From Bugula neritina (Eukaryota > Animalia > Bryozoa), in assembly GCA_964035545.1 (NCBI GenBank), contig OZ037770.1:11552463-11616462 (forward strand): DNA of 64,000 nucleotides, in the 5' to 3' direction. Below the pieces are notes generated by a model. The model did no database searches. It worked only from the letters and a program-made list of their open reading frames with translations, and had not been told where the DNA came from. The position numbers and the translations under genes are program-made. Of this stretch, positions 50,869-64,000 are shown piece after piece (the stretch's first letter is position 1; each line of letters begins with the position of its first letter).

Positions 50869-53800
50869 TGTTGTAATATTTACACAGTTTATGTAAACTT
50901 GGAGTTACCTTTTCTTGATGTTTTAGCTGATCAATTATTATTCTGTTTTTGTAAAAGATAGTCACTTCCTGTTTGGCAAACTGCAGTGCTTGATTAAAAT
51001 AAACTGAAGATTAAAACTAATCCACTAATAATTGCTAGATAAATAGACATCTAAAGAATAAAACATGGTGGCAGCGTAATTTAATGGTTAGTTTAAAAGA
51101 TGGAAGGCATTTCACCACCTGGACAATTGAATTTAAGGGCAGAAGATTTGTCAGGAGAATGGCGGCGTTGGATTAGGTCATTTGAGGATTATTTGCTAGC
51201 AATAGACCTAACTGCTAACTCAAGAGCCGCAGAAAAAAAGGAAATTAGCCTTATTCAGACATTGTGGTGGTGAAGATGTACGTGAAATTTATTCTCAAAT
51301 GGAATTTAATCTAGAGGTTAGTGGAGAAATTACTGAAATTGAGGAAGGGGTTGCTGGGAGAAAGCTAGAAGATGTAATTAGGCGTTTTCATGAGTACTGT
51401 AATCCTCGCACTAGTATTGTGCTGAATAGATTTCAATTTCACAACAGTAGCCAAAGTGGAGATACAATAGATGTATACTTAATGAAATTGCGAAGGCTGG
51501 CGGAAGGCTGTGAATTTGGCAATCAAAGAGATTCATTGATAAGAGATAAACTGCTTTTTGGAATTGATGATTTTAATGAAAGAGAAAAATTAATGAAAGA
51601 GGTTGATGAAAAACTAAGTTTAGACTTTGTGATTAAGTCACTGAGAGTAGCTGAGAAATCTACAAGGCCTAAAGCGATAACGCTACCAGACCCCAAACCC
51701 GAAGAAGTCAATGCAGTACAAAATGTTGATAATAGGAAGTCAAGAATTCCTTCTGAGGTTACTTATGATAAACGTTCCAAGAACCGATGTGAGCATTGTG
51801 GGAAAAACCATTACAAAAGTCAGAGATGTCCAGCTTATGGAACTAAATGTGCGAAATGCAATCAATTCAACCACTGGGCCAGAGTGTGTAGGAATTTGAA
51901 TAAAGTCAATGAAGTACAGCCAGAAAAGGGTGACACAGATTTTTATTTAGGAGAGACACATCACATTAACTCCATAGGTTCTCAATCCTGGTACACCAAT
52001 CTCAGAGTAAGCACCAACAAACACAAAGGACAAAGGATCAAATTTAAATTAGATACTGGTGCGTCTCTTAGTGTATGTGGTCCACATCATGTCTCAGGGG
52101 AGCTAATCTCAACTAGCAAAAAATTGTACGGCCCAGGGCAGACACTTTTGACATGTTTAGGAACAATAAAGTGCCAGATAACATCAAAAAATGAGCGCAT
52201 AAATGAAGACCTTTATGTTATTCAAGATCAAACCACACCATTGCTTAGCCGTAGTGCATGTGAGAAATTAAACCTCATCTCTGTGGATTCATCTCAATGC
52301 CAAATAGAGAATGTGTGTGTTGATGAGAAGCTGTTCCAAGGATTGGGCAAAGTAAATACAGAGCATGTCATTACGTTGAAAGGAGATGCTAAACCATTTG
52401 CTATCCATGTTCCCAGACCCATACCTTTTCCTAGAAGAAAGTTAGCAGATGAAGCATTGATGAAAATGATTGAGGATGGAGTAATTGTTAAAGTTGATGA
52501 ACCTACTCCATGGGTGGCACCAATGGTAGTAGTTCCTAAACCTGGCCAAAACAAGGTGAGAATTTGCACAGATTATACCGAGTTAAACAAGCATATTTTG
52601 AGAGAGTTCCATCCCATGGCAACAGTAGATAGCAGCTTAGCTCAATTAGGACAAGGACAAATTTTTTCCAAGATTGATGCAAACAGTGGTTTTTGGCAAA
52701 TTCCTTTAAGCGAAGAATCTAGCAAACTAACAACATTTCTGACTCATTCTGGACGATATCGCTATTTGCGACTGCCTCAAGGCCTATGCAGTGCTCCAGA
52801 AATTTTTGTTGCTGAAATGAACAATATTTTGAAGGATGTTGATGGTGTGGTTATACATATGGATGACATACTGGTTTTTGGTGAGAGCAAGGAGCAACAT
52901 GACACAAGATTGCAAATAGTGTTGGAAAAACTTAAAGCTTCAGGCATTACGCTCAATAAAGACAAATGTAAATTTGGAGTACCATCTGTTAATTTTCTTG
53001 GTTATGTCATAGATCAGTCTGGTATACATGTTGGCCCTCGAGTTCAAGGAATAGTAGATTTTCCTACTCCGAAAAATGTAACTTCAGTACGAAGTTTTCT
53101 TGGAATGGCCAACCAGTATGCTAAGTTTTCCGAGGAATTAGCTGCTGTGAGTGAACCAATTAGAATGCTGTTGAAGAAAGATGTTCCATGGCACTGGTCC
53201 AGCAAACAAGAAAACTCCTTCACGAGGATAAAAGAAATATTTCAAAATGCACCAGTTTTAGCAGTCTATGATGTAGACAAAGACACCATAATCACAACAG
53301 ATGCTAGCAATGCAGGTCTAGGAGCAACACTCTGTCAAATTCAACAGGATGGCTCTCGGCGCTTGATATCTGCTGCAAGTCGATCTTTAACAGAGACCGA
53401 AAAGCGTTATGCAGCCATAGAAAAAGAAAGTTTAGCAGTCTGTTGGGCTATGGAAAAGTTTTCTCCATATATACTAGGTATGAAGAATGTGGTTATTGAA
53501 ACTGATCACCGTCCACTAGTTACTTTGTTTGGGAATATCTTTCTAGACAGGCTTCCACCAAGAATTCAAGGGTTTAAACTTAGACTTCAAAGATTTCAGT
53601 ATACTATCAGACATGTGAGGGGGTCTAAGAATGTTGCAGCTGATGCTCTCTCCAGGTATAACACTGCTGAAGCGAACGAGATTGATGCAGCAAGAGAAAT
53701 GGAAATTGAACTTTATATTGATAATATCTACCAACATGGATCTGATAGCAGGTTGGAGCAGCTTCGTTTAGAACAGCATGAAGATGAAATACTGTCAAAA

Positions 53801-55221
53801 GTAATCAAATTAGTAGAAAATGGATGGCCAGGGTATTTGTCCACTGAAGATGTCCTTCTGAAGCCCTATTTTGAAAGAAGATCTCTTTTAACAATAAACA
53901 AAGGATTCTTGACACTTGGCAATCGTTTGGTAATACCGTTAGCTCAAAGAGAACAGGTGTTGCAAGATATACATAGAGGACACTTGGGCATTACAAAATG
54001 TCAAGCACGGGCTAGAGATGGCGTGTGGTGGCCTTCTATGTCAAAGGCTATTGAGGCTATGATCAGCAATTGTGCTGAATGCAAAATCCATGCAGCTAAA
54101 ATTACAGAGCCATTACGTCCTTCTGCAACTCCAGATAGACCTTGGCAACACCTTAGCACCGATTTGTTGACTTATAAAGGCCAAGTATATCTTCTGGTTA
54201 TTGATAATTATTCAAGGTATCCTGAACTTGCCTTGCTGGGAAACTCTGACTTTTCTTCAAGTAAAGTAATAACACACCTAAAATCTATTTTTTCACGACA
54301 TGGCATACCTGAAATACTATTGTCAGATAACGGCCCACAATATGCAAGTGCAGAATTTAAACATTTTTCTGTCGAGTATGGATTTACCCATGTGACTAGC
54401 AGTCCACATTATCACAGAGCGAATGGAGCAGCTGAACGAGGAGTAAGGACCATCAAAAACATGCTTGCAAAAGAGAAAGATCCTTATTTGGCTTTGTTAG
54501 CTTATAGATCCTCACCGCAGTTTAGCTCATACTCTCCAGCAGAATTGTTAATGGGTAGAAAATTGAGATCCACTGTACCCATCCATCCGGATAAGCTTAA
54601 ACCTGAACTCCCTGACCATGACTTATTCAAAAGGAGCAACGATCAGTATAAAGAGAAAATGAAAGAAAATCATGACAAAAATCCTAAAGTGCGCCCCCTT
54701 TTGCCAGTAAATAAAGGAGACAATGTGATAGTGAGAGATATGCAAAGAGAAGGCTATGCTGCCTCTTCTTCAGATGATATTACTCGTCGAACAAATGTCA
54801 TGACTGACACTGGACCTTTAATACGTAACAGAGCTGATATAACTAATATCCCAACACGATGTTCTGAGCGAACCAGAGAAGTGCCACGCTACTTAACAGA
54901 TTTTGATTGTACATAATTTATTATCCACGCCTGTAGTATAAGTTGCACTTGATTTAATTACTGTTGTCAAACCGTTTCTTTTGTGTGTTTTTTTTGTTGT
55001 TGTAGCCTGAAACTAAAGAGGGGATGTTGTAATATTTACCCAGTTTATGTAAACTTGGAGTTACCTTTTCTTGATGTTTTAGCTGATCAATTATTATTCT
55101 GTTTTTGTAAAAGATAGTCACTTCCTGTTTGGCAAACTGCAGTGCTTGATTAAAATAAACTGAAGATTAAAACTAATCCACTAATAATTGCTAGATAAAT
55201 AGACATCTAAAGAATAAAACA
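50869..55221 (+). mobile_element. Full-length Ty3/gypsy (Mag-like) LTR retrotransposon
   Basis: 197-bp LTRs 50869-51065 and 55025-55221 (TG...CA, one mismatch seen), TSD CTATC, PBS TGGTGGCAGCG at 51066 (complementary to the tRNA-Leu 3' end), PPT AAAGAGGGGA before the 3' LTR. Confidence 0.97.
51100..54916 (+). CDS. Gag-Pol polyprotein (two CCHC knuckles, protease, RT, RNase H, integrase); one frameshift at ~51235
   Basis: ORF 51299-54916: CEHC..H..C and CAKC..H..C, LDTGA, HMDD, TDAS, H-H-C-C plus DDE integrase in PR-RT-RH-IN order. The Gag N-terminus MEGISPPGQL..WRRW starts at 51100 in another frame. Confidence 0.93.
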
Positions 55222-55249
55222 CTATCAGTCAGAGTTTTCAATAAATAGA

Positions 55250-55625
55250 TAAATACTAAAATACTAATAGTAATACTAATACTAATAGTAATAGTAATAC
55301 TAATACTAATACTAATAGTAATACTCATACTCATACTGATACTGTCATAGTCATACTGATAGTGATAGTGATAGTCATAGTGATAGGCAATAGCAGATCC
55401 AAATGTGAAACTCAAATAGTTATAGTGAAATGCAATTACAAATTGAAATACTATTACTATTGGTATTACTAATAGTTTACTAATACTACAGTTTTGCTAA
55501 TACTAATAGTTATAGTAATACTAATAGTAATAGTAATACTAATAGTAATAGTAATACTAATACTCATACTAATACTCACACTAATACAATAGTAATACTC
55601 ATACTCATAGTGATAGTCATAGTGA
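55250..55625. repeat. Hexamer microsatellite (TACTAA/TAGTAA/TACTCA variants)
   Basis: Directly visible; related hexamer tracts upstream of TRIM copies (~6630-6790, ~24150-24300, ~33970-34130). Confidence 0.85.
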
Positions 55626-56644
55626 TATCTATCAATATCATCTATGTCATAATCTTTATTTACTTTTAGTTTTAGTGATGGTCATAGTGAATGAAGCTGA
55701 ATCCCAATGACTATCAATATGATGCCTCAAATGACAAGCCTCGTCAAGGGCAGTTGACAATTCTATTTCTACTGCTTAGCCTTATGGCTTATATGTTAAC
55801 TTTAAGTCTCAGTCTTGTTTTTTTTTGTAATTATTATTATTATTATTATATACTATAAATGTAAATGTAACGGCAATATTATTTACATTATGATTATTTC
55901 TGATTAAGTTTAACAGTTATCAATAAAATATATAGCTATGGTTGTACTTAATCTTATACTTATAGTTATACTTATAGTTGAACTTTATGTTATACATATA
56001 CTTATAGTATTATTATCATATAGTAGTATAATAAAATTAAATATTAATACTAATACTAATAGTAATAATCATTAGTTATAAGTTAATTTAATCATAATGT
56101 TATACTAAATTAAAATATAATAATAAAGAATAATTATTAATATTAGTTATAATATTACTATTACTATTTAATAAATAATAAACCAATAATATGTAATGCT
56201 AATGACAATTTACGTTTTATTATAACATAATTATAATATAAATATGTAAAATAAAATAAACTATATAATGTATATATGAATATTTATTTGATAATTTGAT
56301 GTTATCTTTTGTACGAATTTATAATCAGCAATAGTTTGTTATAATAAATGTAGCATGACCACTTTTACTTAAATCTACTTCTAGTTCTAACTAAATCCTC
56401 TGGTTCCAACATAAAATATCAATAATGCAACCAGCCATTATGTGAAAGTTATAACAATGGCAAGTTAGGGTTTGTGATAAATATTCTTGAACAATATGTG
56501 AATGTTTCTCAAATGACTTATACAATCTCAATTTGGAGAAAGTTTCATTTTTTTTGCATTATAGCTTTTTCTATTATATGTTGGTGGAACATTACAAGTT
56601 AATAGCTACAATGACTAATTCATGTAAAATAAAATAAAAAACTC

Positions 56645-56824
56645 ACGCAAGTTTAGTCGCTATCCCCGTGAAAAGCCCCTAATGGAAAAAGATTTTGTTA
56701 AAGCGGCACTGGAGCAATGACTGGATGCTCTTCCTAACACCACCAATGGCTTTTGTCTGGGCTCGAACCCATGACCTCGTGTTCACTAGACAAACGCTCT
56801 AACCCCTAATCCACGGCTGCTCCC
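56645..56824 (-). mobile_element. tRNA-derived SINE
   Basis: Minus strand GGGAGCAGCCGTGGATTAGGGGTTAGAGCG...GGTTCGAGCCC has A- and B-box-like motifs followed by a non-tRNA core; no acceptor stem. Confidence 0.7.
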
Positions 56825-59187
56825 TGTATCGTCAGTAACTGTGAAAATTGAATTTAAAAGAAAGCCAATACATAAAATTTTTGAACTACTAAATATCATG
56901 AATCAAATAGTTCCTATTTCTTTGAGAAAGATTTTCATCCTTTGAGTTAAGAGATATTTTGAACGTTCGAGACTTTATTTGTGCACAGTGCTCTTTACCG
57001 GTACTAATTTGCCCACAAGCTTGACTTCTAAGACTCAATATTTTAAAATAAAAACCAATGTCAAAAATTTGTCAATTTTATAAATTTAGTTGTCAATTTC
57101 AGGACAGCACTGTATTTCACTGTAAGCTTTGTAATATCTGTCCTTATTCTTTCTAGAGACTAAAGAATTGTCTTTCCATGATTCTTTACTCCGGTCATGA
57201 CTAATGGTAAGCAACTGTGTAACTGTGTTCAACTCCAATGGTCTATATAACTTTATCCCGGTTTTTTCTCAAATGATTGTTAGTTTAAAATTCACTATAA
57301 ATAATTCACTCCTTCTGATATTTTATTGTTCATGCCAATAAAATAAAATTTTGAATAATAAATCATGTACTGTATTGTTCTCAGGTAGATGCATGTGTTG
57401 AATGTATTCTTACAGGAGTTGTCTTCTTAACTTCTCCACTTGATATTGCAACACAAATTATTCAGCTATTGAAAGCATTATCATAGTCACTGTTCATTTC
57501 GTAGGTAAATGGTTTTTATGAAATTTTGTAGCCTACTCGTTTGATGGGCTGGTTGTATTTGCTCTCATGTTTATAAGCACATGCGCCTACATTAAAAAAG
57601 TTCCCAAACTCAAGAGCTGGATTTTATCTGAGAAGAAAGGGTTTATGGGAGTTTTTTATAAAGGTTTGTCTGTTGCACACTGTTTTATATTAGTTTATAT
57701 CATTCGCTTGTAACATGACTTGTTGTTTGCTTTTAAAAACTCTTTAAACTTTGGTGCAACTAATAGGACTATCCATGCTATATTTTAAGCATCATTTAGA
57801 TTTCAGCGCATCTGAAGTTGTAGATATTCTGATTGTGCTGATATTACGCCATGGCTAAGATGTTATGCCAACAATTATAAATTAAGAGTATTTATTATTT
57901 AGAATGGAATTTGTCACTACTAACCAGTGCTCATTCTATCATCAGAGTGAAGTAATGGTTTGAAATGAATTGAAATCTATTTTGACTTGAAGATAAAAAT
58001 ATGTAAAGTTGAGTCTTTCTTATCAGCCAGCAAGCAGAAGCAGCAGAAAGTAGTTTCACTCATGGCTAAGATGCAAATAATTTGCAGGGAAAACCAATGA
58101 AACTAGGGGTTATAGCTTGTGTCTTATGTTTTTATTCATTCTATTCAAATGACTACATATCTGTTTCAGCGGCTGTCATTGGCACAAGACTACACATCCC
58201 CGTGTCTTTAGTATCCGCTCTGATGGCTTTCTATTTAATAGTATTGAGGTAGCGTTTGTGGAACTGGAAGATATAATTATAAATTAGCATTGTTTGTATT
58301 TATGTTGCATTATGTTCTTGCAATCTCCTTTCTGTATTGATTTTTATTATTTATATGTTTTCTTATAAAATAAACCCAATTTTAAAAGACGAGGGTTTGA
58401 AAAGCTAAATATTAATTGTTCCATTGGTATCAAAAATAGTATCACAAATAAAATTACTTAAAGTTGCTACTGCAGTTCTGAGTATAATATATGTGGGTAG
58501 TTACCAGCTTTCACTAGCCTTTACTGTTTGGTTATGGAGTTGTGCACTATAATGTACTTCGAATACCAAAAATAAAATTTAGGAGATGAAAAAAGCTACA
58601 GAAATAGTGTATGTTGCAATATTTTAAAATGCCAGCCAAAAACAGTTTCTCATAATAATATAATCCCAATGATACGATACAACAATTAATAGGAGTTGCC
58701 CTACCTCTAAATACAAAATCTTCCTCCGAACCTAACCGAAGTAATGTACTTCAAAAGTATGATTAAAAACACCAGGGGTAGGTAGATTGATTGACTTTGG
58801 TGACTAATCAAGTGTTGTCTAATTATTGCAAAAGAATTTTTATGGCTTTTATCGAATATATCGTTAACTTTTTAGCTAATTTATGGTAAATAAATAATTG
58901 ATGGTTGTAACTTTTAAGAGTACTTGGAGTTATCTTTTCAAACAATTACACTGAAAATATTATTTTGTTTACAAATGCAAAATTTACAATTAATTTTAAA
59001 ATTGGAAAAAATTCACAAAATTATATAAGTTAAATATTTAAAATTCTTTGCCTATGTTGCTGCGCAGTGCCTAACAACGCACAACAACATGGCGCCTATC
59101 CAGTCGGTAGAGCGTGTACTTTTGATTTAAATTTTTGTGTGCATCAAGATATTTTAAAAGTAAATAGTTTATATAGTGGGTTACAAA

Positions 59188-62100
59188 ATGGATGAAAGAC
59201 ACTGGTGGTTAGCAGCCAAAATTCAAGAAAGTTTTGGCATTGGTGGGTACGACAACCCAACATTGCTTGAGGATTTCATGTGCCAGGATGACACCATGAA
59301 CGCTGTAAACAGTTTCCTTAGTATTAATGGGCCGTGTAGAATATTTTTCTTTTGCGCCAAACCTGAAAATACGGAATTATCTGCTAGAAGTCTTCAGTTT
59401 ACGGATTCATTAAGTAAGCTGAGAGGTATAAATTTAGACAAAGTATATATTCTATATTTTCTGAGACGAGATACTCAAAAGGAGGTAGACCTGACTCACT
59501 TTGAAAAAGACATTCTATCTGGCGAGATCAAGAAAAATGCAATAGAACACGTCACCGCATTACTCGGTGACATTTATTTGCCAGCTTTAAAAAATCAAAA
59601 AGACTGGGGACAGTGTGCTGAAGAAAACAAACTATCATGTATTCACACTCTAGAGCGCTTGTCTCTCAATCTTGCCGAATCGGCGTCGAGTGTGCAAGCA
59701 GCAAAACAACAAGTAAGTTATTCTCGGAAATGAATATTAAAATTGAATATTTTTGTAAATATCCTATGCATTTTTATTTATTGTTTTTACCCAATTTGAA
59801 ATCAGTTGGGCAGTGAGACCAATTGTATACTGATACTATTCATTTAATAAAATTAAATATAATAATAATTAGGTAGTAGTAAGTAGAAGTTATAAATAGA
59901 ATAACATGTAAGTTATTCTTCATTCATTGATAATATCATTTCATGCTTTTTGTTCCATTTTTTGAAAATAAATTGAGTATTAAAACTAATCATACTAAGT
60001 TACTATTCAATAGTAGCAATAACTATAATTAGGTAGTACTAGTAGAAATTATAAATAGTGTACTAACATTTCTAGATGCTGCGACAACCAGACAGTATTA
60101 TAAGTAATGACTTCAAGCAGCATCGACTAGCTGCTGCTGACTCAGCAATCATTTCTGAATATGAAGAACTGGTGTCTGATTGGATGAACACTATTGAGAA
60201 CATTTTGATGGACTCATCAGATGAAAGGTGAGATTTTATGCAATAAAATGCATCAACAAGTTCTGCTGTAATATTGTACCAAGCAATGGAATTATGGAGA
60301 GCTGCTTATCTTACATCTACTCCAATTTCTACCTTTTTGATGGCTTCTCATAAGGTTTTAGCTTAGGTTTTTGGCATATGCAATCAGAAACTTTATGTGT
60401 TGCTGCTAGATTTATGGACCCAAGTGCTGGTCCAATGTCGGAACTAGAAAGATGGCGCAGAAGACAAAGACTAATGACGAATATAACTGAGCAGCTGAAG
60501 AGTAAAGAATGTAAGGCAGTTATTGGAGTTCTCATACAGGCTAAGTCTAAGCTTCTGAAGCGGTGGAAAGTCATAGACTGTGGGTGAGTAGTTTCTCCAG
60601 TTCTCAGGCTAACTTTCAGACTATACTGGTTTGTATGTAGTAGGTCTAGGGATGTGCTAATTTAAGTTTGAAATAATAGACCTTTTTGCCATACCTCTGG
60701 TACTCAATTTACAATTAAGAGTTGCTTTCTCTTACTAGGGGTTTAGTTAGATCATAATATAGAGAGCAAACCCATTAAAAATTAAAGGTTTGACTGCTAC
60801 ATGAAATCCCAACTATGCTATCGAATCGTTTTTTTAGGAGATATATATTTTGATAGAGGCATACATATTTAGCAGTTCTGAATATTTTTTTTTAAAAAAA
60901 TGTAACTTGAAAGCATTTTTGTTGTTTTGCTTATTGGGCGATGCTGAAGTGGCAGCTGTGATACAAATCTTTTTAATCACTTGTTATGCTGGCTGTTACC
61001 ATTCAAGTTAGAGCTGTTAATCTTTCAACTCTTTGAATAATAAAATGGTTATTCTATAGCCTATATAATAGCCAGCTCCGTATTGTATAGAATGACAATT
61101 TTGTTATCCAATTATTTTATATAGCAGTCATCCTTTAACTAATTCCCTACTCAAAGAAAACAACTGTTAATTGTAAATTGAGTACCAGGGGTGTTGGAAA
61201 AGGATCTAATGCTTGAAAAGCAGTTCTAACTTTTTCCTTGAGATATTGTTTCGGTCAGTTTACATCAGCTAAAACTTCCCAATCAGCTTTATTGTGTTAA
61301 ATACTTAAGGAGACAGCTAATATTGTTTCAGTATCACTGATGCTGTAAACGAAACCAAAGATAAGGTGAAATACATGGAAGGTTTGAGACGCTACTTGGA
61401 CCAGCTGTACCACGGTGCAACTCCTCAGGCTATCATGCAGACGGCACTCCCTGGTCTTGTAAACAATATCAAGCAGATGGACTCAATCTCCAGGTTCTAT
61501 TCTAGATCTGGATTCCTTGGCCTGTTCTTTACCAAAGTGAGTTGGGGTTGGGGTTGGAGTAATTTGTAATTGTAATTGGTTGTAATTAATTACATTTTTT
61601 CAAGTAATTGAATGTAATTTATAATTGATGTATAAAAATGTAATTGTAATTGAATTTTACAATTACTTTATAATTACATAACAATTAGCTGTGTGTTATG
61701 AAAATTTGGGTCACTTCCTTGTATTTAGTTAGAATGAGATTACCAACATCATATGTATATTATGGTGATGTTTGATGCTTTAGACACATTAAAACTCACT
61801 AGTCTCAATATTAACATTTTTCGATTTGCTAAAAAAATTATTCTTTATGACCAGGTGCTGTTTCAAATTCATTTCAGTATTTTTCATTATTATATTTTGT
61901 ACTTTTGAGCAGGTTAGTGGACTAGTAACTAATCTACACTCTTATGCAGCATGCTGTTTTCAATAGAGGGGGGAGGTTCCTTCCTGAAACATGTTTATTA
62001 GTCTGAATCAGTTAAAAAGCTTAGGCTTAGGATATAAATGACTGACTTCTTGTTGTATGGTTTCTGTTACTCAGTATAATTTATTTTTTGTTATTTCATA

Positions 62101-63586
62101 TTAATATTAAGAATCTTGCACACCTAATAAATCTGAGATATATTCAACCTATATATAGCATAGAGTTGAAAGTTGAATGAAAATGATAATTCATGTGTAT
62201 AAAGCAAGAAAATTGTCTGCAAAACATATTTGTACTTGAATAATTGAAATGTTTGATTTTTAATGTGATGACAACTTAACATCTGACAAGTAGGATATAC
62301 TGGAAACCCTCTATTAAGCCCAATCGTTTGGATTAATGACTTATTCTGTGACTGAGTATGACTTATGCACGTCTGCTTCTGTAGATAACCAATCAGCTGG
62401 TGTTGGCCTGCAAGGAGTACATGCAGCAGGTGACTATCAATGATGAAGGGGTGGACAACTTGTGGAGCATTGTGTCGGAGGAGATCGGCAGCGGCACCGA
62501 CAGTCTTAGCGCTGCCTCTGATGCTCTCTACAAGCAAATGAAGACCCACCTAGAGAACAAACTCAAAGGGAAGACAACTCAACATGGTCACAACAGAGAT
62601 CAAGCTCCAGTTCTTGTTGAGGAGACAACTCTGTTTGGTGAGACAAATTTGTGGATAAGGTGCTCCTCCGTATCTCACTGAGCTATACAGTGCTCCCTCC
62701 GTATCTCACTGAACTATACAGTGCTACCTCCATATCTCACTGAGCTACACAGTGCTCTCTCCATATCTCACTAAGCTACACAGTGCTCCCTCCGTATCTC
62801 ACTAAGCTATACAGTGCTCCCTCTGTATCTCACTAAGCTATACAGTGCTCCCTCCATATCTCACTAAGCTACACAGTGCTCCCTCCATATCTCACTGAGC
62901 TATACAGTGCTCTCTCCATATCTCACTGAGCTATACAGTGCTCTCTCCATATCTCACTGAGCTATACAGTGCTCCCTCCATATCTCACTAAGCGGCGGGA
63001 CCTGAAATTTGTGATATTGCAGAAATTTATACCAGATTTAGTTCACGGAGCAGTTAAATTCAGCCATTTTGTCCCTGTACAAAAATGGGGGTCCGGACCC
63101 TTCTCCGTACCAATGAAATTTTGACAGAATTGGAACAGTGAGATATGGAGGGAGCACTCTATTGTAATTGTATTTTATTGTTTTGGATATAATCATTTTG
63201 AATCACTTGTACACTTGTTATGATTTGATGGCTTGGAATATTATATTTGTTTCATAATATTTCCTTAAACAATTTTAAAATGTGACTTATATCAAAATAT
63301 CTGATGCTTTGATGCTGGCTTGTACACCATTAGTCACAATTCAGTTTGTCATATTATTTACTCTTATTCTTGATTGTTTCAGTTTATGTCTTAGGCGTGA
63401 ATATAATCTAATGTAGCTCTTAAAACTAGTTGGTGTTATTGTAGGTCGAATGAAGGCGTGTTTAGCCTTACTGTCCTACTATAAGGAGTGCGTGCACAAC
63501 GTGCGAGACTCGTTAGGGGTGGGAGCTCACACAATGAGTCACTACCCGTCCATGAGCAGTGTGGCCGCCGACAGTCCGGTCAAAGG
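59188..63586 (+). CDS. Axonemal dynein heavy chain, DNAH5/DNAH8-like, N-terminal exons (DHC_N1 region); continues beyond window
   Basis: Exons 59188-59712, 60076-60227, 60410-60583, 61332-61536, 62385-62637, 63445-63586, and possibly a micro-exon ending at 63737. GPMSELERWRRR..EQLKSKECKAVIGVLIQAKSKLLKRWK..ITDAVNETKDKVKY resembles the tail motif of outer-arm gamma-type dynein heavy chains. Confidence 0.85.
62659..62992. repeat. 31-bp tandem repeat (TACAGTGCTCCCTCCATATCTCACTGAGCTA)n, ~10 units
   Basis: Directly visible in a dynein intron; the unit equals the TA TSD plus left TIR of the adjacent MITE. Confidence 0.92.
62967..63159. mobile_element. Tc1/mariner-type MITE
   Basis: TIR CAGTGCTCCCTCCATATCTCACT / AGTGAGATATGGAGGGAGCACT, TA on both flanks. 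Confidence 0.85.
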
Positions 63587-64000
63587 GTAGGTTTTACACC
63601 TCTAATGTATAAAGAATTTACTATAGAATACAACTACATATCTGTAGTGTAACTGAGTCTTACTGCTTTATTAACCTGTGATTCTTATCTCAGTATACGC
63701 TTACTTTCAGAGACACCCCTCCTCCCGAAACCGAAAGGTATTAATAACACTTGCAGAACTTTTATATGTTTTCATTTTCCTGTTTAATTGCACTTTATTG
63801 TTTTAGAATTTCATTCACATCGGAGACACAATAATAATAATATTTAGAATAGCATTAGTATTAAATAGTGTACCTAAGTTTTTGATATTTGTGTTATTAT
63901 AGTTTGTGATTGATTATAGATCAAAGATGACCAATGAATATTATATTATATTAGCTTGTATTTCAATAGAGGTATTAAAAAATCATGCCTAGTCTTTACA

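Noticed and set aside
51231-51245. Programmed ribosomal frameshift in the gypsy element
   Set aside because: It lies in the gag N-terminus and needs +1 rather than the -1 expected for an A-run slippery site; an indel is simpler.
45150-54916. Reverse transcriptases next to hypervariable genes as a diversity-generating retroelement
   Set aside because: The RTs are an ordinary broken RTE LINE and a TSD-flanked gypsy element; no template/variable repeat pair or adenine-restricted pattern was seen.
56750-56824. Possible tRNA gene
   Set aside because: No proper acceptor stem or cloverleaf and it continues into a SINE-like core.
59055-59100. RFX X-box-like GTGCCTAACAAC and CAACATGGCG upstream of the dynein ATG
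   Set aside because: Plausible for a ciliary gene promoter but too degenerate to call.

Overview
AT-rich, intron-containing eukaryotic (animal, probably invertebrate) DNA; the species cannot be determined from the sequence. Positions 1-49.1 kb hold a tandem array of six + strand copies of an 8-coding-exon TRIM-type gene (C3HC4 RING, two B-box-like zinc fingers, coiled coil, C-terminal NHL-like beta-propeller; about 605 aa). Copies 2, 4 and 5 look intact. Copy 1 is cut by the window edge, copy 3 has a destroyed last splice donor, and copy 6 is an orphan with only exons 6-8. The RING/B-box/coiled-coil half is almost invariant between copies. The propeller differs in short, periodically spaced, Tyr/Trp/Ser/Gly/Asn-rich patches that are shared between copies in a patchwork. 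A palindromic NF-kB-type site (GGGAATTCCC) lies upstream of four copies. Together this suggests a diversifying, inducible intracellular recognition-plus-ubiquitination receptor family (inference). The spacers appear to contain a decayed, oppositely oriented paralogue. The array carries many non-autonomous DNA transposons, an RTE LINE fragment and LTR fragments. It is followed by a very young Ty3/gypsy (Mag-like) element (50869-55221) and the 5' exons of a DNAH5/DNAH8-like axonemal dynein heavy chain gene (from 59188). All exon coordinates were read by eye.
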